NCBI GenBank assembly: GCA_031296755.1
Contig: JAUMMZ010000003.1
Location: 1,797-65,796, forward strand
Length of the DNA: 64,000 bases
Origin: Collinsella sp.
GTDB lineage: Bacteria; Actinomycetota; Coriobacteriia; Coriobacteriales; Coriobacteriaceae
Direction of reading: 5' to 3'
The notes under the pieces are model-generated. The model worked only from the letters and a program-made list of their open reading frames with translations, was not told the origin of the DNA and ran no database searches. Made by a program: the position numbers and the translations under genes. Below are positions 27,851-35,887 of this stretch, piece by piece (the stretch's first letter is position 1; each line of letters begins with the position of its first letter).

Positions 27851-28498
27851 ATGGGTTTCATCAATTTCATTGCCGAGCTGCTTAAGGATCCGCGCACCGC
27901 GATCGCCAGTTGGATTGCCGCCGGCCCGCTTATGGCCTACGGCTGCGTGTTCCTGATCATCTTCATCGAGACGGGCGTGGTATTCTTCCCGTTCCTTCCC
28001 GGCGATTCGCTGCTGTTCGCCTCGGGTTTCTTTGCCCATAACGGCGGCTTTAACATCGTGGCTCTGTTGGCCGTCGCATGGTCTGCTGCCATCTTGGGCG
28101 ATCAGTGCAACTTTATGATTGGCCATTTCTTTGGTAGAAAGATTATCGCTTCGGGCAAGGTGAAGGCCATGACGCCCGAGCGCATCAAAAAGTCCGAGGA
28201 CTTCTTGGACAAGTGGGGTCACCTGGCCATCTTCCTGGGTCGCTTTTTCCCGTTTATCCGCACCTTTGTGCCCTTTATCGCCGGCATGGGCGGCATGCAC
28301 TGGCGCAACTTCGTTATCTTTAACGTGCTGGGCGGCATTACCTGGTCGACGGTCTTTACGCTGCTGGGCTACTTCTTTGGCGGCATTCCCTTTGTGCAGG
28401 AGCACTTTGAGCTGCTGATTATCGGCATCGTCGCCGTGTCGATCATTCCGACCGTGGTCGGCTTGGTTAAGGCTAAGCTGGGCAAAAAGAGCGCATAG
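27851..28498 (+). CDS. DedA/VTT-domain family membrane protein
   Basis: FIETGVVFFPFLPGDSLLFASG motif, about 215 aa, polytopic. Confidence 0.8.
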   Translation: MGFINFIAELLKDPRTAIASWIAAGPLMAYGCVFLIIFIETGVVFFPFLPGDSLLFASGFFAHNGGFNIVALLAVAWSAAILGDQCNFMIGHFFGRKIIASGKVKAMTPERIKKSEDFLDKWGHLAIFLGRFFPFIRTFVPFIAGMGGMHWRNFVIFNVLGGITWSTVFTLLGYFFGGIPFVQEHFELLIIGIVAVSIIPTVVGLVKAKLGKKSA

Positions 28499-28787
28499 CT
28501 CGAGGCAGCGCACAAACTGTGTCGTTGAGGCCCGCCACTGCTTACGGTGGCGGGCCTCTTTAGCTTCGGTTGAATGAAAATACTTTACTTAGTTAAAGAA
28601 AAGCGTTTTGTCAGGCGTGTGCGGGGAGTACAATCTCGTGCATGCGAATCGACGTGCCATGGGCTTTGGTGTTGTCCGCGTGTCCCGTCCGGCTCTACGC
28701 TCCGGGCGTGCGACGTTGCGACGCGGTCGGCCTCGGTCCTTGCGTGCGAGTTCGCGAGTATGCAACTGTGTATGTAAGGAGCGACAC

Positions 28788-29840
28788 ATGACTGTCGAGA
28801 AGAAGGATATCGATTGGGGTAGCCTCGGCTTTGGCTACATGAAGACCGATTACAGCTACGAGGCCCATTGGAAGGATGGCGAGTGGGACGAGGGCGGCCT
28901 GACCACCGACCACACCCTGCATGTCTCCGAGTGCGGCGGCATCTTCCATTACTGCCAGGAGGTCTTTGAGGGCCTGAAAGCCTACACCGCCGAGGACGGC
29001 AGCATCGTCTGCTTCCGTCCCGATATGAACGCCGAGCGTATGTACAACTCTGCCCAGCGCCTCGAGATGCCCCCGTTCCCCAAGGACAAGTTTGTTGAGG
29101 CCGTCAAGCAGGTTGTTTCTGCCAACGCCGCCTGGGTTCCGCCCTTCGGCTCCGGTGCGACCCTGTACGTGCGCCCGTTTATGATCGGCTCCGGTGACGT
29201 GATTGGCGTGGCTCCCGCTCCTGAGTACACGTTCCGCATTCTCGTGACTCCGGTCGGTCCGTACTTTAAGGGCGGCCTTAAGCCCGTTAAGCTGCGCGTT
29301 TCCGAGTACGACCGCGCGGCCCCGCATGGCACCGGCAACATCAAGGCCGGCCTGAACTACGCCATGTCCCTCAAGCCCACGATGGAAGCACACCGCGAGG
29401 GTTATGCCGAGAACCTGTATCTTGACTCCGAGTCCCGCACCTATGTCGAGGAGACCGGTGGCGCCAACGTCCTGTTCGTGAAGGAGGATGGCACCCTCGT
29501 CGTTCCTCAGTCGCACACCGACTCCATCCTGCCCTCCATCACCCGTCGTTCGCTCGTTCAGGTTGCCGAGGATCTGGGTATGACCGTCGATCAGCGTCCC
29601 GTCGAGTGGGCCGAGGTCAAGGCCGGTACCTTTGTGGAGTGCGGCCTGTGCGGCACCGCTGCCGTCATCTCCCCGGTGGGCGAGATCGACAACAAGGTCT
29701 ATGGTGCCGATGAGACCGTGACCTTCCCGGCTGGCTACACCGAGATCGGCCCCGTGATGAAGAAGCTTCGCGAGACCCTGACTGGTATCCAGTCCGGTGC
29801 TGTCGAGGATAAGCACAACTGGGTTTACACCGTCGCGTAA
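28788..29840 (+). CDS. ilvE: Branched-chain amino acid aminotransferase
   Basis: About 350 aa class IV aminotransferase features (GFGYMKTDY.., EGLKAY, GTGNIKAGLNY, ETGGANVLF). AAGGAG RBS before ATG 28788. Confidence 0.85.
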   Translation: MTVEKKDIDWGSLGFGYMKTDYSYEAHWKDGEWDEGGLTTDHTLHVSECGGIFHYCQEVFEGLKAYTAEDGSIVCFRPDMNAERMYNSAQRLEMPPFPKDKFVEAVKQVVSANAAWVPPFGSGATLYVRPFMIGSGDVIGVAPAPEYTFRILVTPVGPYFKGGLKPVKLRVSEYDRAAPHGTGNIKAGLNYAMSLKPTMEAHREGYAENLYLDSESRTYVEETGGANVLFVKEDGTLVVPQSHTDSILPSITRRSLVQVAEDLGMTVDQRPVEWAEVKAGTFVECGLCGTAAVISPVGEIDNKVYGADETVTFPAGYTEIGPVMKKLRETLTGIQSGAVEDKHNWVYTVA

Positions 29841-29856
29841 CCTGCCTTATATGTCC

Positions 29857-29981
29857 GGCCCGAGGGCAACCTGCCTTTCCGGCGCGTCCTCGGACATGAA
29901 AGAACCTCCGTTGCGCACTTCGTGCGGCGGAGGTTCTTTCGTCCTGCGGAGTGCGCCGGAAAGGCAGGTTGCCCTCGGGCC
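29857..29981. repeat. Nested palindromic element E0
   Basis: Perfect 29-bp arms GGCCCGAGGGCAACCTGCCTTTCCGGCGC / reverse complement. They enclose an inner hairpin GAAAGAACCTCCG..CGGAGGTTCTTTC. Confidence 0.9.
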
Positions 29982-30141
29982 TGCGTTACCTCGGTGCTGC
30001 CGTTACGGGCAATATAGATCTGAAGTAAAGATGGTGCGCGGCCTATTGGCCGCGCGTTGTGCGTGGATAAGAAAAGGGCCCAAGGTTTGTGCCTTGGACC
30101 CCAAAGGGTTGATGAGCTGGCTTAAGACTCGGCCGTGATTG

Positions 30142-30693
30142 TTAGAACTTGACGGTCGGTGCCTGGCGGGCGGCCTCGGCGGCCTCGAAGCCCTGGCGCT
30201 CCTTAAACTGGAAGATGCCGGCAAAGATAACGGCCGGGAACGTCTGGATGGCGTTGTTGTAGCTGAGCACGCAATCGTTGTAGCTCTGGCGCGCGTAGCT
30301 CACCTTGTTCTCGGCGTCCTCGAGCGTGGACTGGAGCTGCGTAAAGTTGGTATTCGCCTTAAGGTCGGGGTAGGCCTCGGCGACGGCAAAGAGCTGGCGC
30401 AGCGCACCGGTCAGCACGTTGTCCGCTTCCATCTTGGCCTCGGGGGTGGTGGCACTCACGGCGGCGTTGCGCGCGTTGACTACGGCGGCGAGCGTGTCCT
30501 GCTCGTGCTTGGCGTAGCCCTTGACGGTCTCGACCAGGTTAGGGATCAGGTCGTTGCGGCGCTGCAGCTGCGTGTCGATGTTCTGCCAGGCATTATCGAT
30601 GCGATTGCGCTTGGTGACCATGTTGTTGTAGATGCCGGCGATGGCGCTGGCGATCACAACGACAACAACGATACCGATGATGACGGGAAGCAT
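30142..30693 (-). CDS. LemA family protein
   Basis: N-terminal TM followed by NRIDNAWQNIDTQLQRRNDLIPNLVETVKGYAKHE, typical of LemA. Confidence 0.85.
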   Translation of the reverse strand: MLPVIIGIVVVVVIASAIAGIYNNMVTKRNRIDNAWQNIDTQLQRRNDLIPNLVETVKGYAKHEQDTLAAVVNARNAAVSATTPEAKMEADNVLTGALRQLFAVAEAYPDLKANTNFTQLQSTLEDAENKVSYARQSYNDCVLSYNNAIQTFPAVIFAGIFQFKERQGFEAAEAARQAPTVKF

Positions 30694-30893
30694 GATGTCT
30701 CCGTTTCGAATGGCAGCGGCGTTTTGCGCCGGCTGCCGTTGGTGTAACGCTACTAGTATACCCGCAACCTTTGGCGATACCGAACTTTCCGGTAAGCGTT
30801 ATGTTTCCGCCAAGGAGGGGGGCGCCAACATGGAACGGTTGGTACAGGTGTAAGATATGCGACAAATTAAGGAATGCTGTCTACACCTTGAGG

Positions 30894-31490
30894 ATGGCGA
30901 TATGGATGGACCTTCGCATCAAGAAAACCTATCGTGCCCTGTTCGATGCTTTTACCGAGCTCTTGGAAGAGCATCGGTTTGAGGATTTGACGGTTGCCAT
31001 GCTTTGCGACCGGGCCCTGATTCGCCGCACGACGTTCTATAAGCATTTTCGTGATAAAAACGATTACTTTGCCTTCTATATCGATGAGCTTATGACGGGC
31101 TTGCCGCAAAACCGGACCGATGCAGCGGATGCGGAGCCGCTTGATGACGTACGGGCGCTTCGCCATGAGGTCTTTGACGATGCCATGAATATGATTCTGG
31201 CGCATGAGCAGCTCATGGATAACCTTTTGGCAAGCAGCATGTCGGGCATGCTGACTGGCATGATTTGCGACCGCATTGCGCGTTCCATCCGCGAGCGTGT
31301 GATGAGCTCGCTTGCCGAAGATGCCCTGGCGCCCGTTTCGCTCGAGACGACATCGGAGTTTATCGCCGGTGGCATTATTCGACTGTTCACAAATTGGTGG
31401 GAGTCGGGTCACGATCTTGAGCGTCGACCCGAGATGGCCGACGTGGTCGATGCGCTGTTTGAGCGCACCATGACGCCGGTGAATCACTAA
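30894..31490 (+). CDS. TetR family transcriptional regulator
   Basis: IKKTYRALFDAFTELLEEHRFEDLTVAMLCDRALIRRTTFYKHFRDK HTH region. The start is ATG 30894 or 30906. Confidence 0.8.
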   Translation: MAIWMDLRIKKTYRALFDAFTELLEEHRFEDLTVAMLCDRALIRRTTFYKHFRDKNDYFAFYIDELMTGLPQNRTDAADAEPLDDVRALRHEVFDDAMNMILAHEQLMDNLLASSMSGMLTGMICDRIARSIRERVMSSLAEDALAPVSLETTSEFIAGGIIRLFTNWWESGHDLERRPEMADVVDALFERTMTPVNH

Positions 31491-31492
31491 GG

Positions 31493-31582
31493 TGGCGGAG
31501 AGAGGGGGATTCGAACCCCCGGAACGCTCTCGCGCTCAACGGTTTTCAAGACCGCCGCATTCAACCGCTCTGCCATCTCTCC
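31493..31582 (-). tRNA. tRNA-Ser (anticodon UGA)
   Basis: Minus strand reads GGAGAGATGGCAGAGCGGTTGAATGCGGCGGTCTTGAAAACCGTTGAGCGCGAGAGCGTTCCGGGGGTTCGAATCCCCCTCTCTCCGCCA. It has a 7-bp acceptor stem, anticodon loop CTTGAAA, a long variable arm, a GTTCGAATC T-loop and an encoded CCA. Confidence 0.95.
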
Positions 31583-31633
31583 GTGAGTCGTAATGATAGC
31601 ATCGTTTTGGATTTGCAACAGGGAAGGCGAACG

Positions 31634-33415
31634 ATGACGAGCACCGGAATCGATGAGAAGTTCATGAGCGAGGCGCTGGCGGAGGCGCGTGCCGCCGCGG
31701 CGGTGGGCGAGGTGCCGATCGGTGCCGTAGTGGTGCGCGCGGGTGAGATCGTCGCGAGGGCGCATAATCGCCGCGAGCTCGACCAGGATCCTTCGGCGCA
31801 TGCCGAGTTTTCGGCCCTGTGCGCCGCCGCGCAGTCGCTCGGTCGTTGGCGCCTTTCCGACTGTACGGTCTACGTGACGCTCGAGCCCTGCTGCATGTGC
31901 GCGGGGCTTATGGTTAACGCGCGCGTGGGGCGCTGCGTGTACGGCGCGGCCGATGCCAAGGCGGGTGCACTGGGCTCGCTGTACGACCTCAATGCCGATT
32001 CGCGCCTGAACCATCGGTTTAACGTACGCGCCGGCGTGCTGGCGGATGAGTGTCGTGAGGTGTTGAGCAGCTATTTTAGTGGGCTGCGTGGCACCGATTG
32101 TGCTGGCTGCGGTTGTGGGGCCGATCTTGGGGCACATACCGCTCATGCCGAGGCGCTCGCGTGTGCCGAAGAGGATGCTGGCGCAGCGGTTGACTTTGGC
32201 CCCGTGCAGCGCCGGCCCCGCCGCGTGCTGCTGGCGATTGATTCCTTTAAGGGCAGCGTTTCGAGCGCGCAGGCGGAGAAAGCCGTTGCCGAAGGCGTGC
32301 GCCGTGTGTGGCCCGATGCCGAGCTGGGCGCTTTGCCGCTGGCAGATGGTGGCGAGGGAACGCTCGACGCCATCGCCGCGCGCGGTGGCGAGCTCTCGAC
32401 CTGTGAGGCTGCAGGCCCCTTGGGCGACCGCGTGTCTGCCCGGATGCTGGTGGACGGCGAGCACGAGTCGGCTGTAATTGAGATGGCCGAGGCGGCGGGT
32501 ATTGGGTATTCGTCCTGCACGGAGTCGGCGGCGTTGGCGGCCACAACTTATGGCGTGGGCGAACTGATGCTTCGTGCGGTTCGCGCGGGTGCAAAGACGA
32601 TCTATATTGGTTTGGGCGGCAGCGCCACCAACGACGGTGGCGCCGGCATGCTGCAGGCGCTGGGCGCCCGCCTTGTCGATGAGCGTGGCCGCAATATCGC
32701 CCCCGGTCTCGCGGGCCTTGAACACGTGACGAGTATCGATTTGGTACCGACGCTTCGGGCACTGAGCGGCGCGCACGTTGTCGTGCTGTCCGATGTCGAG
32801 AATCCGCTCGTGGGGCGTCGAGGCGCGCTGGCGGTGTTTGGCGGGCAGAAGGGCCTGCCGACGGATGATGCCGAGGCGCTGCGCAGGTACGACAGCTGGA
32901 TGGTCGGCTATGGTCGCCTGCTCGATGCGGCGATTACCGGGGCGCGGGCTCAGGGGTTGTTGCGCGTGCCCGAGGGTGCACGGACATTTGGCTCGGTGCT
33001 CGGCGTGCCCGGTGCCGGTGCTGCCGGCGGCCTGGGTGCCGCGCTGCTGGCGCTCGGGGCGGAGCTGCGTTCGGGCGTGGAGACGGTGCTCGATCTGATT
33101 GGGTTTGACGAGTGCGTGCGCGATGTCGACCTGGTCATAACGGGCGAGGGCAATATGGACGAGCAATCCGCTGCCGGCAAGGCACCGGTGGGCGTGGCTC
33201 GTCGTGCGAAGCGATATGGCAAGCCGGTTGTTGCCGTCGTGGGCGGTCGTGCCGACAACCTGGATGCGGTGTATGGGCAGGGTGTCGACTTAGTTTTGCC
33301 GGTCTGTCGCAGGCCCATGCCCCTTGACCAAGCGCTCGACCCCCAGGAAGCCACAACCAACCTCATCTGCGCCGGTGAAGCCGCCGCCCGATCCTACGAC
33401 CTCGCCCGCCTCTAA
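31634..33415 (+). CDS. tadA: Fusion ORF: tRNA adenosine(34) deaminase TadA domain plus glycerate kinase domain
   Basis: N-terminal HAEFSAL..LEPCCMCAG CDA zinc motifs. After a ~45-aa linker comes VLLAIDSFKGSVSS..LADGGEGT..GGSATNDGGAG..ITGEGNMD of the glycerate kinase family. There is no stop codon between the domains. GGGAAGG RBS before ATG 31634. Confidence 0.8.
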   Translation: MTSTGIDEKFMSEALAEARAAAAVGEVPIGAVVVRAGEIVARAHNRRELDQDPSAHAEFSALCAAAQSLGRWRLSDCTVYVTLEPCCMCAGLMVNARVGRCVYGAADAKAGALGSLYDLNADSRLNHRFNVRAGVLADECREVLSSYFSGLRGTDCAGCGCGADLGAHTAHAEALACAEEDAGAAVDFGPVQRRPRRVLLAIDSFKGSVSSAQAEKAVAEGVRRVWPDAELGALPLADGGEGTLDAIAARGGELSTCEAAGPLGDRVSARMLVDGEHESAVIEMAEAAGIGYSSCTESAALAATTYGVGELMLRAVRAGAKTIYIGLGGSATNDGGAGMLQALGARLVDERGRNIAPGLAGLEHVTSIDLVPTLRALSGAHVVVLSDVENPLVGRRGALAVFGGQKGLPTDDAEALRRYDSWMVGYGRLLDAAITGARAQGLLRVPEGARTFGSVLGVPGAGAAGGLGAALLALGAELRSGVETVLDLIGFDECVRDVDLVITGEGNMDEQSAAGKAPVGVARRAKRYGKPVVAVVGGRADNLDAVYGQGVDLVLPVCRRPMPLDQALDPQEATTNLICAGEAAARSYDLARL

Positions 33416-33431
33416 AATCCAACTCCCTATA

Positions 33432-33498
33432 AGTTGCGGTGGAATAGTTCCTGTTTGGCGGCTCAGGCGGCAAAAACAGGAACTATTCCACCGCAACT
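33432..33498. repeat. S-family long hairpin, copy S1
   Basis: 25-bp arms AGTTGCGGTGGAATAGTTCCTGTTT / AAACAGGAACTATTCCACCGCAACT. The outer 15 bp are shared with the element at 52310-52376. Confidence 0.85.
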
Positions 33499-33530
33499 CA
33501 AAAGTGGTCTTTTGGCCCCGTCCTAAATTA

Positions 33531-33694
33531 GCTGCCTTGCCGTGGAGGGCGGGAGCGGGTAAGATATACCGAGCGCCTAGCGCGTTCGATGGGTTCGGAT
33601 GACGACATGTTCCGAATCTGGTCAGGTCCGGAAGGAAGCAGCCATAAGGAGCCTCTGTCGGGCATCCGAATCCATCGAGCGCACGGGCGCTTTT
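33531..33694 (+). ncRNA. ffs: Signal recognition particle RNA
   Basis: Contains the conserved domain IV sequence TGGTCAGGTCCGGAAGGAAGCAGCC. Flanking strands (GCGCGTTCGATGGGTTCGGATG / CATCCGAATCCATCGAGCGC) form the long helix, and a T-run lies at the 3' end. Ends are approximate to about 20 nt. Confidence 0.85.
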
Positions 33695-33702
33695 TGGTGC
33701 CG

Positions 33703-33809
33703 CGATGTGGTCCCGGTGCCGGCGGGCTGTTTGGTGTCTCGCTGGTCCTCGGCTTTGCCTGCGGAATCGCTCGACTACCAAACAGCCCGCCGGCACCGGG
33801 ACCACATCG
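33703..33809. repeat. Long perfect inverted repeat E3
   Basis: 33-bp arms CGATGTGGTCCCGGTGCCGGCGGGCTGTTTGGT / reverse complement with a 41-nt loop, directly after the SRP RNA. Confidence 0.9.
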
Positions 33810-34030
33810 TCCAAAATGCGCCCGTAGAGGCGCGTTAATCTGAACAATTAATCCCTTGTCTAGTGCTGCTCGTTGGCTTTGCCAAAACATGTTCGGGTGC
33901 TTTGTCTCTGTGCCCAGTTTCCTGATTGTTTCGGGGGCTTGTTCTGTGACGAGTTGATTTCATATCTCCAGGGCTCTCCGTACTATCATGAATCAGATTG
34001 AAGAGAGATGATGATAAGGAGCGCCTATAC

Positions 34031-35887
34031 ATGATTGAGCTGCTCAGGCGTTTTGGTGGTAAGTTTCGCCGGTATATGGTGATTGGTCCTGCGTGCAAGC
34101 TGATCGAAGTGATCTTTGACCTGCTGACGCCGCTGGTGATTGCCCAGATGATCGATAAGGGCATTGGCTCGCACGACGTGAACGCCGTTATCCACTACGG
34201 CATGGTACTTGGCGCCATGGCTGTGATCGGCATCTCGTTTACGCTCGTCTGCCAAAAGATGGCGGCGCTGACTTCGCAGGGCATGGGTACCGACATTCGC
34301 GGTGCACTCTACCAGCACATCAACGAACTGAGCTATGTCGAACTCGATCGCTTTGGCACGCCGTCGCTCATCACGCGCATTACCAACGATGTCAACCAGG
34401 TGCAGCTCGCTGTGGCGCTGGGCGTGCGCATGCTTATCCGCTGGCCCTTCTTGGCGGTGGGTTCTATGTGCGCGGCCCTTGCCATCGACCTTAAGCTCGG
34501 CATCATCTTTTTGATTTGCACACCCGCCATCGGCTTGGTGTTTTGGTTTGTCATGGCGCGCTGCATTCCGTACTACAAGCAGCTGCAGGCAAAGCTCGAC
34601 CGCATCGCGCTTGTCTGCCACGAGGGGCTTTCGGGTGCCCGTGTGGTCCGCGCGTTTGTGCGCGAAGACCACGAGCGCGAGCGTTTTGCTCGTGCGGCCG
34701 ACGACCAGGCGCATGTCGCCATCGCGGTGGGTAAGCTCTCGTCGGTCCTTAACCCCGTCACGTTTTTGGTGATGAATCTGGGCGTGTGCGCCATCCTGTG
34801 GGCGGGCGGCATCCAGGTCAACGTGGGTGAGCTTACGCAGGGCCAGGTCATGGCGTTTGTGAACTACATGACGCAGACCCTCACCTCCATCGTCTACGTG
34901 GCCAACCTGGTCGTTGTCTTTACCAAGGCGAGCGCCAGCGCGTCGCGCATCAACGAGGTGCTCAATTGCGAGCCGAGCATCACCGACGAGGGCAACCAGC
35001 CGGTCGCGCTGCCTGAGCCGAGCGACCTGGCGGGTGGCGCTGTTCCGGTCCCTGCGCTGAGCTTTGACCATGCGAGCTTCTCGTTTGGCGCCGGCGCGGC
35101 CAATGTTGTCAACGATGTGACGCTGGAACTCCCGCTGGGCAAGACGCTCGGCATTATCGGCGGCACGGGTAGCGGCAAGTCCACACTCGTCTCGCTTATT
35201 CCGCGCCTGTACGATGCAAGCACCGGCAGCGTGAGCGTGATGGGCGCCGACGTGCGCACCTGGCCGCTCGACCAGCTGCGCCACGTGGTCGCGACCGTCC
35301 CGCAGCGCGCGTCGCTGGTGAGCGGCACCATCCGCAGCAACTTGACCTGGCGCGACGATGCGGCAACCGACGATGAGCTTTGGGCGGCGCTCGATATGGC
35401 GCAGGCGAGCGAGTTCGTGCGCAAAAAACCTCAGGGTCTGGACGCGCCGGTCGAGGCGGGTGGCAAGAACTTTAGCGGTGGCCAGCGCCAGCGCCTGACC
35501 ATCGCACGTGCTCTGGTGGGCTCTCCGCAGGTCCTAATCATGGATGACTCTGCCTCGGCGCTCGACTTTAAGACCGATGCGGCACTTCGTCATGCCATTC
35601 GCGAGCGCAGCGTGCGCGGTGCCGCCGAGGGCGGTCTGCCGCTGACTACGGTCATTGTGAGCCAGCGCGTCTCGACCGTGCGCGACGCCGACATGATCTG
35701 CGTGCTCAATCACGGCTCGGTCGCGGGCCTGGGCACGCATGACGAGCTGTACGCGACCTGCCAGCTCTATCGCGAGATTTGCCAGTCGCAGCTGCGCCGC
35801 GAGGAGCTCGAGGGCCAGCAGGGGAGCACGACGCCCGCGTCCGCTCCGACCGCCCCCGCATCCGTCTGCGCAAAGGAGGGATGCTAA
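34031..35887 (+). CDS. ABC exporter, fused permease/ATPase subunit (second pair, partner 1)
   Basis: TM domain. Walker A GGTGSGKST, signature FSGGQRQRLTIARAL, Walker B VLIMDDSASALD. AAGGAG RBS before ATG 34031. Confidence 0.9.
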   Translation: MIELLRRFGGKFRRYMVIGPACKLIEVIFDLLTPLVIAQMIDKGIGSHDVNAVIHYGMVLGAMAVIGISFTLVCQKMAALTSQGMGTDIRGALYQHINELSYVELDRFGTPSLITRITNDVNQVQLAVALGVRMLIRWPFLAVGSMCAALAIDLKLGIIFLICTPAIGLVFWFVMARCIPYYKQLQAKLDRIALVCHEGLSGARVVRAFVREDHERERFARAADDQAHVAIAVGKLSSVLNPVTFLVMNLGVCAILWAGGIQVNVGELTQGQVMAFVNYMTQTLTSIVYVANLVVVFTKASASASRINEVLNCEPSITDEGNQPVALPEPSDLAGGAVPVPALSFDHASFSFGAGAANVVNDVTLELPLGKTLGIIGGTGSGKSTLVSLIPRLYDASTGSVSVMGADVRTWPLDQLRHVVATVPQRASLVSGTIRSNLTWRDDAATDDELWAALDMAQASEFVRKKPQGLDAPVEAGGKNFSGGQRQRLTIARALVGSPQVLIMDDSASALDFKTDAALRHAIRERSVRGAAEGGLPLTTVIVSQRVSTVRDADMICVLNHGSVAGLGTHDELYATCQLYREICQSQLRREELEGQQGSTTPASAPTAPASVCAKEGC

